NCBI GenBank assembly: GCA_963695075.1 | Contig: CAVOFR010000007.1 | Span: 1,616,904-1,680,903 of the forward strand | Reading direction: 5' to 3' | DNA length: 64,000 bases | Source: an uncultured Acidimicrobiales bacterium | GTDB taxonomy: Bacteria; Actinomycetota; Acidimicrobiia; Acidimicrobiales; CAWCAL01 | Shown: one piece after another, positions 51,616-62,136 of the stretch | How positions within the stretch are numbered: position 1 is the first letter of the stretch | Layout of the letters: each line of letters starts with the position of its first letter | Program-made: the position numbers and the translations under genes | The notes under the pieces: generated by a model | What the model was told of the DNA's origin: nothing | What the model saw: the letters and a program-made list of their open reading frames with translations, nothing else | Database searches by the model: none

Positions 51616-52161
51616 TCAGCGGCGGGTGCCGTCCTCGATGATGGTGAGCAGGCTCTGCACGGCATCGTTGATCGCCCCGAGGTCCGGGGCCGACTTGAGC
51701 AGTTCGTGGGTCCTGGTCAGGAAGGCCTGGAACGCCGCTTCCTCGACCTTCATACCTGCCGCCGTGAGACGAACGAGCTTGCTGCGCTTGTCGGAGGCGT
51801 TGGGTCCGCGCTCGACGAGCCCCACCGACTCCAGGCGCTTCAGCATCTTCGTCATGCCGCCCGAGGACCGCTCGAGGGCGGTGTAGAGCTCATTGGGAGC
51901 GAGTGTGTAGGGCGGTCCGACGCGGCGCAGCGCGGCGAGCACGGCATAGTCGCTCGGCATCAGGTCGAAGGGCTGGAGGGTGACCTGCTCGAACTCGTCC
52001 ATCAACTGGCTCAACCGCTCGAGGCGAGCGATCAGGAGCACGCCGGAGGTGTCCGCGGCATCGGGGTATTCCCGCGCCCACGCTTCGGTGAAGGCGTCAA
52101 CGCGCCGCGTCGTCGTCACGATCGTCTCACGCCGCGGACGATAGCCCTGAACCACGGGCAT
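51616..52161 (-). CDS. MarR-family transcriptional regulator
   Basis: PSDYAVLAALRRVGPPYTLAPNELYTALERSSGGMTKMLKRLESVGLVERGPNASDKRSKLVRLT. I chose ATG 52161 because the upstream part of track ORF ..52278 has AT-rich third positions and contains a palindrome. Confidence 0.75.
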   Translation of the reverse strand: MPVVQGYRPRRETIVTTTRRVDAFTEAWAREYPDAADTSGVLLIARLERLSQLMDEFEQVTLQPFDLMPSDYAVLAALRRVGPPYTLAPNELYTALERSSGGMTKMLKRLESVGLVERGPNASDKRSKLVRLTAAGMKVEEAAFQAFLTRTHELLKSAPDLGAINDAVQSLLTIIEDGTRR

Positions 52162-52241
52162 CGGCCATGTTCCGATGGTTGGATTCGCCGGGTCGGAATC
52201 ATCGTTTCCCTGGCTAGCGGCGCCAGCATTCAGCGGGTAGC

Positions 52242-52273
52242 CTCGAAAACTGGAACGCGTTTCAGTTTTCGAG
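52242..52273. promoter_or_regulatory. 32-bp near-perfect palindrome CTCGAAAACTGGAACGCGTTTCAGTTTTCGAG (candidate operator)
   Basis: 15 of 16 positions are self-complementary. It lies between the MarR gene and the SDR/ACAD operon, 8 nt upstream of the AGGAGGA ribosome-binding site of the SDR gene. Confidence 0.55.
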
Positions 52274-52292
52274 AACAAGCAGGAGGACGGCT

Positions 52293-53087
52293 ATGGAGAC
52301 ACCGAACGACGTGATCGTCGGCGGCGGGAAGGGCTCGGTGGGTCTCGAGGACCGGGTCGCGCTGGTGACGGGTGCCGCGTCGGGGATCGGCCGGGCGGCG
52401 GCAATCCGGATCGCCGGGGACGGCCTGCGGGTCGGCTGCTTCGATATCGACCGAGCCGGTACCGAGGAGACCGCGGCTGCGATATGCGATGCGGGCGGCG
52501 AGGCGCTCGCGATCACAGGGAGTGTGACCGACGAGATCGCCGCTAAGGCTGCTGTCGCGAGCACGGTGGAATGCTTCGGATCACTGGACGTGTTGGCGAA
52601 CGTGGCCGGGATCGGACATTACCGACACACGGCCGAGGAGTCACTCGAAGCCTGGAATCGTATTCTCGAGACGAACCTGACCGGCACCTTCCTCATGTGC
52701 CGAAGTGCGCTGCCCGAACTCCTCGACGGGGGTGGTGCCATCGTGAATGTGGGCTCGGTCGCCGGGGTGTCGGCTCACGCGTATGCCGCCGCCTACAGCG
52801 CGTCGAAGGGGGGCGTCATCGCACTGTCCAAGACGCTCGCGGCCGAGTACGCGATGCAGGGTGTTCGCGTGAACGTCGTGTGCCCGGGCGGGGTCCTCAC
52901 GCCGCTGCTCAGCAACTTCACGCCGCCCGACGGCGCCGACTCCGAGCTGGTGGCTCGGGCGGTTCCGCTGACGCGAACTCTTCTCGACCCCGACGAGGTC
53001 GCCAGCGCCATTGCGTTCTTCGCCCTGGGCTCCATGCCGAACACGACCGGGGCCGTGCTCCTCGTCGACGGCGGAACGGCCGCCTGA
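52293..53087 (+). CDS. Short-chain dehydrogenase/reductase (classical SDR)
   Basis: VALVTGAASGIGRAAA, NVAGI, YAAAYSASKGG (YxxxK), PGGVLTP. Confidence 0.85.
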   Translation: METPNDVIVGGGKGSVGLEDRVALVTGAASGIGRAAAIRIAGDGLRVGCFDIDRAGTEETAAAICDAGGEALAITGSVTDEIAAKAAVASTVECFGSLDVLANVAGIGHYRHTAEESLEAWNRILETNLTGTFLMCRSALPELLDGGGAIVNVGSVAGVSAHAYAAAYSASKGGVIALSKTLAAEYAMQGVRVNVVCPGGVLTPLLSNFTPPDGADSELVARAVPLTRTLLDPDEVASAIAFFALGSMPNTTGAVLLVDGGTAA

Positions 53088-53109
53088 CGGCGGCGGAAAC
53101 GAGACACGG

Positions 53110-54294
53110 ATGGATCTTTCCGACTCACCCGAGGAAGCGGCTTTCCGGTGCGAAGCGCGGACGTTCCTCGAGCGCCATGTTCATGCGACGCCGGAAGAGC
53201 TCGTCGACAGCTCCGGCGACTGGGAGGAGGCGCTCGCCGAGTCCAAGCGGTGGCAGCGGCTGCTCTTCGAGAACGGCTGGGCGGCGATCACCTGGCCAAA
53301 GGAGCACGGCGGGAGGGGAGGCAGCCCGGTCGAGCAGATCATCTGGAACCAGGAATGCGACCGTGCCCGTACCCCGTCGTCGGTCAACATCGTCGGCATT
53401 GGCATGGCCGGGCCGGCGCTCATCGGGCATGGCACCGATGAGCAGCGGGACCGTTACCTGTCGCGCATTCTGAGTGGCGAGGAGATCTGGTGTCAGCTGT
53501 TCAGCGAGCCGGATGCCGGCTCCGATCTGGCCGGGTTGACTACGCGGGCCGAGCGTGACGGCGACGAGTGGGTGGTGCACGGCCAGAAGGTGTGGTCTTC
53601 GGCAGCCCACTTCTCCCGCCGCGCCATTCTTCTCGCCCGCACCGACGCGAGTGTCGCCAAGCACAAGGGCATCACGTTCTTCGTCGTGGACATGGAGAGC
53701 CCCGGAGTGACGGTCCGGCCGTTGCAGCAGATGAACGGAGAGGTGCACTTCAACGAAGTGTTCCTCGACGGTGTACGGATTCCCGACGCTGACCGCGTGG
53801 ACGAGCCGGGCGAGGGCTGGCGGGTGGCCGTCACCACGATCATGCACGAGCGCATGGCGGTCGGGGGTTCACTCGGCCTGTTCCACATGGAGGAGCTGCT
53901 CGCGCTCGCCCGTGAGCAAGGGCACATGGGCCCGCACGATCGCGACATGATCGCCCGCGCCTACACCTACGACCGGTGTCTCGAGTTCCTGAACGCTCGG
54001 GTGATGTCGAAGCTCGCGGCCGGGGAAGTGCCCACCGCGGAAGGATCGATCGCCAAGCTCGCCGTGACCAGACTGCTTACCGCCGCGGCCGAGGCCGCGT
54101 TCGCCGTACTCGGTCCGCGAGCCGTGACCGAGCCCGGCCCGTGGCAGAACATATTCCTCATCGCCCCGGGTGTTCGCATCGGCGGCGGCACCGACGACAT
54201 CCAGCGGAACATGATCGCCGAGCGAGTGCTGGGCCTTCCTCGGGAGCCCGATGAGACCCGCAGCCTCCCCTTCAGCGAGGTCCGCCGAGCCTGA
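53110..54294 (+). CDS. Acyl-CoA dehydrogenase
   Basis: ATG 53110 within ORF 53011..54294. WCQLFSEPDAGSDLAGLTTRAERDGDEWVVHGQKVWSS and C-terminal GGTDDIQRNMIAERVLGLP. Confidence 0.85.
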   Translation: MDLSDSPEEAAFRCEARTFLERHVHATPEELVDSSGDWEEALAESKRWQRLLFENGWAAITWPKEHGGRGGSPVEQIIWNQECDRARTPSSVNIVGIGMAGPALIGHGTDEQRDRYLSRILSGEEIWCQLFSEPDAGSDLAGLTTRAERDGDEWVVHGQKVWSSAAHFSRRAILLARTDASVAKHKGITFFVVDMESPGVTVRPLQQMNGEVHFNEVFLDGVRIPDADRVDEPGEGWRVAVTTIMHERMAVGGSLGLFHMEELLALAREQGHMGPHDRDMIARAYTYDRCLEFLNARVMSKLAAGEVPTAEGSIAKLAVTRLLTAAAEAAFAVLGPRAVTEPGPWQNIFLIAPGVRIGGGTDDIQRNMIAERVLGLPREPDETRSLPFSEVRRA

Positions 54295-54321
54295 TCGTGG
54301 TGGCCGGGCTCGTCTCCGCGC

Positions 54322-54933
54322 TCAGGACACGTCTTCGGTGGTCTTCGCCCAGATTCCGACGCCCAGGAGGTCGTCGAGTGGCGGCCATGGGTAGTCGGGG
54401 TTGGAGATCATCAGCGATGTGAGACCGTGGATGCTCGCCCAGAGCGCGCACGAGATCGTGAAGGGATCACCCCCGGAGAACAGCCCGCTCGCGAGACATT
54501 CCTCGACCGCGGCCGTCAGGAGCCCGAAGGATTCGGCCGCCGACTGCGCCACGCCGCGGTTGGCTGTGGCGCCGGGCTGTTGCATGAACAGGATGCGATA
54601 TAGCTCGGGGTTCTCGAGCCCGTACTCCACGTAGGCTCGACCCCGGATCTTGAGGAGCTCGACGGGGTCGTCCTCGTCGGACCCCACGTCCTCGAGCGCG
54701 GCGACGAAGGTCCCGAAGTGTCGGGCGCAGACCTCGTACAGCAGGGCATCCTTGTCCGCGAAGTGCATGTAGATGGCCGGCGGGGTGCAGCCGACTCCGT
54801 CGGCGATGGTCTGGATGGATACGGCGGCCTCGCTGGCGGCCTCGAGGAGCAGCCGGTCGGCCACCTCCAGGATCTCGGCCCTCAGTTTGTCGCCTTCGCC
54901 GCGTTTGGCCCTCTTTCGGCGTACTTCGGCCAT
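54322..54933 (-). CDS. TetR-family transcriptional regulator
   Basis: N-terminal helix-turn-helix: ILEVADRLLLE..VSIQTIADGVGCTPPAIYMHFADKDALL. Confidence 0.85.
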   Translation of the reverse strand: MAEVRRKRAKRGEGDKLRAEILEVADRLLLEAASEAAVSIQTIADGVGCTPPAIYMHFADKDALLYEVCARHFGTFVAALEDVGSDEDDPVELLKIRGRAYVEYGLENPELYRILFMQQPGATANRGVAQSAAESFGLLTAAVEECLASGLFSGGDPFTISCALWASIHGLTSLMISNPDYPWPPLDDLLGVGIWAKTTEDVS

Positions 54934-55016
54934 CGGTCCTCCGTCGGTTCCGTCATTCGTGCACGCGTTCCACGAGTTTACTTATCGCGACTAACCCATG
55001 GCGAGGGCAGGGGTGA

Positions 55017-55748
55017 TCAGGTGTCCGGCGCGCCCAGATAGCTGGTCAGCAGCAGGTCGCGGCGGTTGCGCAGATCGGCGGCCGACCCCTCGATCGACAC
55101 TCGGCCCCGGCTCAACACGTAGGCGCGGTCGGCGACGCTGAGCGCGGCCGGAACGTGCTGTTCGACCAGCAGGACGCCGGCGCCCGTGTCGTCGGCTATG
55201 TCGCGCACGATCGGGAGCAGTTGCTGGACGATGACGGGTGCCAGCCCGAGGCTCATCTCGTCGATCATGAGCAGGCGTGGTCGGCGGGCGAGCGCTCGAG
55301 CCAGGGCCAGCATCTGCTGTTCGCCTCCCGACAGCAGTCCGGCTCGGCGGTGTCGGAGCGGCTCCAGTTGGGGAAACAGCCGCATGGCCGTTTCGACGGC
55401 CTCGTGGTCTGACCTGCGGGCCCCGAGCCGGAGGTTCTCGACGGTGGTCAGGTCGAAGAACAACGAGCGGTCCTCGGGCACGTGGCCCAGCCCCCGGTTG
55501 GCCAGCTTCGGGGTGGTTCTCCTGCCACCGCGCGAACGGCCTCGTTCCGACCGGCCCAGGACGGTGACGTCGCCGGCCAGGCGGGGGATGAGGCCCGAGA
55601 TCGTGCGCAGGATGGTGGTCTTCCCGGCCCCGTTGGGGCCGAGGAGGGCCACGACCTCGCCCTCCTCGACCGTCAGGTCCAGGTCGCGAACGACAGGTGT
55701 GCCGTCGTAGCCGGCATCGACTCCCTTCAGCGCCAGCAACGCGGTCAC
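55017..55748 (-). CDS. Branched-chain-amino-acid-type ABC transporter, ATP-binding protein (LivF-like)
   Basis: [28 protein letters not shown] overlap with the upstream gene. Confidence 0.85.
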   Translation of the reverse strand: MTALLALKGVDAGYDGTPVVRDLDLTVEEGEVVALLGPNGAGKTTILRTISGLIPRLAGDVTVLGRSERGRSRGGRRTTPKLANRGLGHVPEDRSLFFDLTTVENLRLGARRSDHEAVETAMRLFPQLEPLRHRRAGLLSGGEQQMLALARALARRPRLLMIDEMSLGLAPVIVQQLLPIVRDIADDTGAGVLLVEQHVPAALSVADRAYVLSRGRVSIEGSAADLRNRRDLLLTSYLGAPDT

Positions 55749-56503
55749 AGCTGCTCCTCGGTACCGAGATAGGCCTCGACAACGGACGGTTCGGCCTTCA
55801 CCTCGTCAGGCGTGCCCGATGCGATCACGTGACCGAAGTCGAGCACGTGGATCTCCTGGCAGGTGCTGTGCACGAGGCTCATGTCGTGGTCGATCAGCAG
55901 GACCGAGATGCCGAGGCCCGGCAGCGAGCTGAGTTGCCGGGCCAGCGCCTCGCTCTCGAACGTGTCGAGTCCGGCGGCCGGTTCGTCGAGGAGCACGAGG
56001 CGGGGGCGAGAAGCCAGAGCCCGAGCGAGACCTGCGAGGCGTCGGTGGCCGTGGGTCAGCTCGCTGGGATAGTCATCGCCGCAGCCGTCGAGGCCGACCG
56101 CCTCGAGCGCCCAGTCGACATCGGCGCTTCCGTGCCGGCCCGACCAGATCGCGTGGAGGAACGGTGACCACCATTTGGTATCGGTCGCGGCGACGAGAAG
56201 ATTCTCGCGGATCGTCAGATCGTCGAACAGCTCCACGGACTGGAACGTACGGACCAGGCCGCTCTTCGCTCGCCGGTGGGGAGGCCAGTCTCCGATGTCT
56301 CTGCCTGCCAGCAGCACCCGGCCCGATGCCGCCGGAACGAACCCGCTGAGTGCATCGATGCAGGTCGTCTTACCGGCCCCGTTGGGTCCGATCAGACCGA
56401 CGACGGCGCCCTCCGGTACCGAGAAGGAGGCCTCGGACACGGCGTGGAGGCCACCGAAGGAGACGGTGAGGCCGATCACCTCGAGAAGCGGTGTAGGGCT
56501 CAT
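55745..56503 (-). CDS. Branched-chain-amino-acid-type ABC transporter, ATP-binding protein (LivG-like)
   Basis: [40 protein letters not shown]. Confidence 0.85.
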   Translation of the reverse strand: MSPTPLLEVIGLTVSFGGLHAVSEASFSVPEGAVVGLIGPNGAGKTTCIDALSGFVPAASGRVLLAGRDIGDWPPHRRAKSGLVRTFQSVELFDDLTIRENLLVAATDTKWWSPFLHAIWSGRHGSADVDWALEAVGLDGCGDDYPSELTHGHRRLAGLARALASRPRLVLLDEPAAGLDTFESEALARQLSSLPGLGISVLLIDHDMSLVHSTCQEIHVLDFGHVIASGTPDEVKAEPSVVEAYLGTEEQL

Positions 56504-58533
56504 GTGACGGACCCGTGCTCTTCCGGTTTCAAGCCGGCTGCGGCGAGGTTCGTGTCGGCCGGTCTGCCGGGTTCAGGTGAGCGGTCGGTGAGGAGCGCGG
56601 CCAGTCCGGCCACCGCGCTGCGCAGGCCCCCGGAGATCCCCTCGCGGTACAGCACGGCGACGACGATGAGCGCGATGCCGCTGACCGCGAACGCGAAGTC
56701 GGACTGACTTCCGCTCTGGCCGCCCGCGAGGTGGGTGAAGACCCCTCCGCTGAAGAGGACGCCGGCGACGACCGCGCCGCTCAGGCTGGCGATGCCGCCC
56801 AGGTAGGTCAGAGCGAGGAAGGCCAGGGCGCCGAAGACCGTGAACGACTCGGGCGCCAGCGACCCTCGATAGGCCAGCAGCACTCCGCCGATGCCGGCGA
56901 TCATGGAAGAGACGGCGAAGGCCGACAGCTTGGCCACCGTGACGTTGACTCCGGCCGCGGCGGCGGCCCGCTCGTTGGCGCGAACGGCGAGCCATCGGAG
57001 TCCGGTGGGGCTTCGGCGCAGGTTCGCCACCGCGACGAAGCTGAGGGTCGCGATGATGAGCACGAAGATCCCGAATTCGGGGCGGAAGTTGTCGTCGCCG
57101 GTGGCGAAGAACCCGAGGTCGATGTCGAACAGGCCAGGCCGGGGTACACGCTGCTGGTTGAGGCCACCGAGCGCCTCCGACTTGAAGATGAGCTCCTCGA
57201 TCGCGAGCGCCGCTCCAGCGGTCACGACGGCCAGCGTCATGCCGCGGATGCGTACCGCGGGCAGGCCGACGAGGACGCCGACCCCCGTCGTGAGGGCGAT
57301 CGCGAGGAGGGGTGCCCAGGGGAACGGGATCCCGGCGGCGACGGTGAGCTTCGCGGTCGCGAATCCGGCGAGCCCGGCGAACGCGAGCTGAGCCAGGGAG
57401 ATCTGCCCCACGTAACCCGTCAACACGACGCTCGACAGAGCTATGAGTGCCGCGATCATCGAAACGACGATGGCGAGTCGCCACTGACTGTCCAGGGTGA
57501 TGAGCCCGATCGAGACGATGGCGAACGAGCCGAGGGTGGTGGCCAGGACATACCTGGGCCGCGGTGAGGTCGGCATGTTCGACTGGAGCGTCACGCTGCG
57601 CCCGGGCAGCTTCTCGCCGCGCAGTGTCAGGGCGATGATGATGAGGATGAACGGGAGGGCGGAGTTGATTCCGCCCTGGGGGATCCACGAGGGGATCCAA
57701 TCGGCTCGGGTGGTGAAGTTCAGGACCCCCGACTGGACCATGCCGATGGCGAGTCCCGCGAACGCCGTCAGGATGAACGATCGCAGACCGCCGAGGAGCA
57801 TCGCGGCGAGGGCCGGCACGACCAGGAGGCTCGTGGTCAGGGGGTCCAGTTGCTTGGTCACCGAGGCGATCAGGATCACCGAGCCTCCGGCGAGCACCGC
57901 GGCGATGGCCCAGTTCGTGGCTGCGAGGCGGTCGGGCACCTGTCCGATCAGCAGGGCGCCCTTCTCGTTCTCGGCCGCGGCGCGGGTTGCCAGACCGAAA
58001 CGGGTGAAGCGGAAGACCGCCGACAGCGCACCAGCGACGACGAGAGTGAACGCCGCGAGGACCACCCGGTTGTTCGGGACGATCACCCCGGAGATCTCGA
58101 AGCTGCCCTGGGGAAGTATGGAGCCTAGCGGCAGCTCGCCCGCGGTGAGCGGGAAGCGGAGCTTGGCGACGGCCAGGAGGTAGAGGAGCAGGCCGAGCGA
58201 CGCGACGACCCTGGCCAGCGGCGGCGCCGTCACGAGCCAGCGGAACACGGCGAAGTAGATGAGAAGTCCGAGCAGCGCGGCGAGGACGAGGGCCGCGGTG
58301 AACGCCGTGGCCACGGTCGGCGTATCGACCAGATGAATGCGGTCGGGAAGGCCGAGCAGTGGCAGGACGAGGTCGCCGGTGCTGCGGAGCTCGAAATAGA
58401 CGAACGCCACGTACATGCCGACCGCGGCATGGGCGAAGTTGACGACGCCCGAAGCTCGATGGGTGAGCACGAGCCCCAAGGCCAGGAGTGCGATGACCGC
58501 GCCGGTTCCGAGACCGGTGAGCGCGTACCCCAC
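56500..58533 (-). CDS. Fused LivH/LivM-type ABC permease
   Basis: 677 aa, hydrophobic throughout; two permease halves in one ORF. GTG start. Confidence 0.8.
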   Translation of the reverse strand: MGYALTGLGTGAVIALLALGLVLTHRASGVVNFAHAAVGMYVAFVYFELRSTGDLVLPLLGLPDRIHLVDTPTVATAFTAALVLAALLGLLIYFAVFRWLVTAPPLARVVASLGLLLYLLAVAKLRFPLTAGELPLGSILPQGSFEISGVIVPNNRVVLAAFTLVVAGALSAVFRFTRFGLATRAAAENEKGALLIGQVPDRLAATNWAIAAVLAGGSVILIASVTKQLDPLTTSLLVVPALAAMLLGGLRSFILTAFAGLAIGMVQSGVLNFTTRADWIPSWIPQGGINSALPFILIIIALTLRGEKLPGRSVTLQSNMPTSPRPRYVLATTLGSFAIVSIGLITLDSQWRLAIVVSMIAALIALSSVVLTGYVGQISLAQLAFAGLAGFATAKLTVAAGIPFPWAPLLAIALTTGVGVLVGLPAVRIRGMTLAVVTAGAALAIEELIFKSEALGGLNQQRVPRPGLFDIDLGFFATGDDNFRPEFGIFVLIIATLSFVAVANLRRSPTGLRWLAVRANERAAAAAGVNVTVAKLSAFAVSSMIAGIGGVLLAYRGSLAPESFTVFGALAFLALTYLGGIASLSGAVVAGVLFSGGVFTHLAGGQSGSQSDFAFAVSGIALIVVAVLYREGISGGLRSAVAGLAALLTDRSPEPGRPADTNLAAAGLKPEEHGSVT

Positions 58534-58554
58534 GTAGTCAGAGATCGGGGGCTC

Positions 58555-59931
58555 CTAGGTCGCCGGTTCGATGAGGTCGGCGACTTGGATCCAGTCGGTG
58601 ATGGCGACCAGTTCGCCGTCGACCATCTGGGCGAGGATCTGCTGAGGTGAGCAGATGGCCGGCAACTCGCCACCCATCTGCTGGCCGTCACAGGTATAGG
58701 GGTGGCCCAGGAAGCTCGGACGATCGACCGCTCCGGCGAGTTGCTCGACGATCGCCTCGGCCGAGATGTCGTCGGCACCGATCTCCCGCAGCTCGGCATA
58801 GAGATTCATCAACGAGGCGAACGAGACCGTGGCCACGCTGCCGGCGTCGAAGGTGTCGTTGCCGTACCGTTCGACGACCTCGTTGTAGAGGAGATTGTCG
58901 GGGTCGTCGACGTCGAGCGGGCTCTCGATGCCGTAGATGTTGCCCTCCACGTTCTCGGCCCCGATCGTGTCGACGATGGTCGGCTCGAGGCACGTCCCCG
59001 ACCAATAGGTCTGAGCGGTGATGCCGATTTCCTGAATCGCCTGGGCGGCGGCGGTGCAGGCCTGGCCTCCGACGAGAACGATGATGGCGTCCGGGTCGGG
59101 CTCGTTCGCGACGGTCAGGGGCGCGAGCACGTCCTCGGCGACGATCGGGATCGGAATCATGTGGATGTCGTCGTCCGAGAGGCCCTGTCCGATCAGAGAC
59201 CGTCGGGCCCATTCCGCTCCGTCGGCCACGGACCCGAAATCGCCGTAGATCATGGAGACGCTCTCGGCCTCGAGCACCTCGGTGATGTGATGTACGAGAC
59301 CGAGGTTCTGGCCCCACGACCCGCCGCTGAACTGGAACGAGATGGGGCTCTCGACCGAGGCAGCGCTGACCGGCACCCCGCCGACGAGCGGGATCCCGTT
59401 GTCCTCGAGGACCTGGATGCCGTCTCCGAAGACGTCGAGGCCTCCCAGCACCGCGACGACATCTTCTTCGACCATCTGCTGGCCACAGGACTGCGATCCC
59501 GTAGGGGAGAACGCGACGTCGCACGCGACCAGCTCGATGGGTCGACCGTCGACGCCGCCCATCTCTTCGTTGAGCCACCGCACTCCTGCCTCGGTTCCGA
59601 GCGTGAGCTCGGGAAACGCGGTGGCCGCTCCGGTGTCGGTGTTCATCATGCCGATCCTGATCGGCTCTCCCTCGGCGGTGACGGGCGCTTCGGGGATCAG
59701 GTCGTCGATCGCCGTTCCGTCGGGCGCGCACGCGACGATCGACTCGTCGACGCACTCGGGGATCGATGTCGAACCGGCCGGGCCGGTCTCCTCCGAGCCG
59801 GTCTCGCCACCGGCCGCGTCGTCACTGCTGCTCTGTTCGCTGCACGCCGCCGCGACGAGAACCAGGGCCGCCAGGAGGGCGATCCATGCATGGCGCGGCA
59901 ACCAGGGCCTGGTCATCCCGGGTCGTGACAT
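58555..59931 (-). CDS. Liv-type periplasmic/extracellular substrate-binding lipoprotein
   Basis: Signal peptide with lipobox LVLVAAAC-SEQ followed by a type-I PBP-like body. Start chosen at 59931; 59916 and 59979 are also possible. Confidence 0.75.
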   Translation of the reverse strand: MSRPGMTRPWLPRHAWIALLAALVLVAAACSEQSSSDDAAGGETGSEETGPAGSTSIPECVDESIVACAPDGTAIDDLIPEAPVTAEGEPIRIGMMNTDTGAATAFPELTLGTEAGVRWLNEEMGGVDGRPIELVACDVAFSPTGSQSCGQQMVEEDVVAVLGGLDVFGDGIQVLEDNGIPLVGGVPVSAASVESPISFQFSGGSWGQNLGLVHHITEVLEAESVSMIYGDFGSVADGAEWARRSLIGQGLSDDDIHMIPIPIVAEDVLAPLTVANEPDPDAIIVLVGGQACTAAAQAIQEIGITAQTYWSGTCLEPTIVDTIGAENVEGNIYGIESPLDVDDPDNLLYNEVVERYGNDTFDAGSVATVSFASLMNLYAELREIGADDISAEAIVEQLAGAVDRPSFLGHPYTCDGQQMGGELPAICSPQQILAQMVDGELVAITDWIQVADLIEPAT

Positions 59932-60020
59932 GGACTTGCTCCCTGGTCGGCTGGCTCCGTCCGGTGAGAATAGCCCCAACGGTCGCTTAGGACGAGTAAC
60001 TTAGCTATATTAAGTGAGCC

Positions 60021-60416
60021 ATGGATCTCTGGTCGAAGGGTCTCGGAAAGCGAGTGCTGAGCTTGGCGCTTCGCGAGCGTGACTCCACGAACATCATCGA
60101 CGACGAGCTCGTGATCGAGGGCGTCATGCATTCCCCGACGTTCTGGGACTACGCGGTCACCCTCGACCGCCGTGACGTCACCGAGTTCCTCGGGTTGCTC
60201 CAGGAGCCCGAGGCCGTGCGCTTCGTCGGCGAGGACGAGCATCGCACCGAGATCCTGAGGACGGCGTTGTCCAGTGCAGTAGTGTTCGCGGCGCGTACCC
60301 TGCGGATGCTCGTCATCGGGCCGCCGGCGCCCGAACCGGCGAGTGTCAACCCGAGCGATGACAGGGCGACCCACGACAACCCGATCGACAGGGAGCTGAC
60401 CGATGGCGGGACCTGA
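60021..60416 (+). CDS. Small conserved hypothetical protein (MDLWSKGLGKR.. family), copy 1
   Basis: 131 aa, high third-position GC. Clear paralog of the ORF starting at 63765. Overlaps the next gene by 14 nt. Confidence 0.6.
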   Translation: MDLWSKGLGKRVLSLALRERDSTNIIDDELVIEGVMHSPTFWDYAVTLDRRDVTEFLGLLQEPEAVRFVGEDEHRTEILRTALSSAVVFAARTLRMLVIGPPAPEPASVNPSDDRATHDNPIDRELTDGGT

Positions 60417-62115
60417 TTCCGAGTACGACGTCATCGTCGTCGGGGGTGGCATCAACGGTCTGACCGCGGCCACCTACCTCCAGAAGTCGGGTCTGAGTGT
60501 CGCGTGCTTCGAGCGGAAGCTGGAAGCGGGCGCCGGGGCATGTACCGAGGAAGTGATGCACCCTGGCGTCAAGGTCAACCTCTGCGCCTGCAACATGGTC
60601 ACGCTGTGGTCACCGGCCTACGGAGACCTCGAGCTCGAGAAGTTCGGCCTCGAGATGCTCACCTCCAGTGGATGGGGCATGTTCCACCCGTTCAAGGATC
60701 GCTCGGCGGTGATGTTCCACTCGTGGGACGCACAGAAGACCTACGAACAGTGGTCGACGATCAACAGCAACGACGCCGACATGTTCAAGACCGCCTACAA
60801 CGCCCTGGCGCCGATGATGGACGTCACGCTCCACTCGACCCAGTACGAGCAGGCGCTGCAAGGACCCGAGGAGGTGGCCGCTCCGGGAGGGATGGTGCAG
60901 ATGCTCCGGGCGCTGCTCCCCCAGATTCCCGAGAACGTCCACGAACTCAACGCCATCGACCTGGCCGAGGCTGTCTACGAGGACGAGAAGATCCGCACCG
61001 CGGTCCTCTCGGCCTGCGTCATGGCCGGCGCGCACCCCTGGGATCGCGGCATGACGACGCTCATGCCGATCATCTTCCCGATCCTCCAGTCCGTGCAGAG
61101 CGTGACGTGGACCTGTCGCGGTGGTAGCCACTCGTTGACCCACGCCCTCTGCTCCGCATTCGCGGCCCATGGCGGCCGACTGTTCACCGGCTGCCCGGTC
61201 GACCAGATCATCATGGACGGAGACGAGGCGAAGGGCATCGTCCTGTCGGAGCACGCTGCCTATCCCGAAGCCGAGGTGAGAGCCCGCCGAGCCGTAATCA
61301 GCAACCTCTCGTGCCACCCGACCTTCCTCGACCTCATCGGCGAGGAGAAGCTCCCCGACTGGGTCGCCGACGGGGTGCACGCCTACAAGAACGACGAGAC
61401 GGTGCTGTTCGCCAACTACTGGGTGCTCGACAAGCCGCCCAGTTGGGACGGCTATCCCGAAGGGCTCGACACCGCCTTCGGTTTCAACTACGGGCTCGAG
61501 ACCGTCGAGGACATCCGTCGGCTGGAGCACTGTCTCGAGAATGACGTCCTGCCCGACCCACCGATCGTCTCCGGCCTCTCGGTGCAGGGCTTCGCCCTGG
61601 CCGATCCCACCCAGGCACCCCCCGGGCAGTACACGATGATGTCGTGGGCCAACGTGCCGTACAAGCTCCCCGAGCACGGTGGTTCCGAGAACTGGGACGC
61701 GATCCGCGAGGGCTACGGCGACAAGGTCGACGCGCTCCTGGCCGAGTACAACCCGGGTCTGATGGACTCGGTGGTCGCCCGTTACTGCAACTCCCCGCTC
61801 GACTACTACCGCAAGAACCCCAGCCAGGTCATGGGGTCGACGACCAGCGGGGCCACGAGCCTCCAGTGGTTCGGCAACGCACGTCCCTTCCCGGGCTGCG
61901 GCGCGCCGCGCACCCCGTTCGGCAACCTCTACCTGTCGAATTCGATCTGGCCTTTCGGTACGACGACGTTGGGCGCCGGATACGTGGCCGCCACCATCGT
62001 CGCCGACGACCTCGGTGTCCGTGGGGGCCAGGAGTGGTGGCGCTATCGAGCCCTCGAGGCTGGAAAGGAGACCCTGGCCAGACGCGGCATCGAGACCGGT
62101 GCTCCGATCGTCTGA
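60403..62115 (+). CDS. FAD-dependent oxidoreductase, CrtI family (paralog G)
   Basis: YDVIVVGGGINGLTAATYLQKSGLSVACFERKLEAGAG. C-terminal ADDLGVRGGQEWW. Confidence 0.8.
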   Translation: MAGPDSEYDVIVVGGGINGLTAATYLQKSGLSVACFERKLEAGAGACTEEVMHPGVKVNLCACNMVTLWSPAYGDLELEKFGLEMLTSSGWGMFHPFKDRSAVMFHSWDAQKTYEQWSTINSNDADMFKTAYNALAPMMDVTLHSTQYEQALQGPEEVAAPGGMVQMLRALLPQIPENVHELNAIDLAEAVYEDEKIRTAVLSACVMAGAHPWDRGMTTLMPIIFPILQSVQSVTWTCRGGSHSLTHALCSAFAAHGGRLFTGCPVDQIIMDGDEAKGIVLSEHAAYPEAEVRARRAVISNLSCHPTFLDLIGEEKLPDWVADGVHAYKNDETVLFANYWVLDKPPSWDGYPEGLDTAFGFNYGLETVEDIRRLEHCLENDVLPDPPIVSGLSVQGFALADPTQAPPGQYTMMSWANVPYKLPEHGGSENWDAIREGYGDKVDALLAEYNPGLMDSVVARYCNSPLDYYRKNPSQVMGSTTSGATSLQWFGNARPFPGCGAPRTPFGNLYLSNSIWPFGTTTLGAGYVAATIVADDLGVRGGQEWWRYRALEAGKETLARRGIETGAPIV

Positions 62116-62136
62116 TCCCTCCGCCAGGAACAAGCC

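Noticed and set aside
59990-60020. A TATATT box 9 nt upstream of the 60021 ATG (a possible leaderless-mRNA promoter), and the ACTTA-N7-TAAGT repeat.
   Set aside because: I could not find an acceptable -35 element. It is plausible but too weak to call as a feature.
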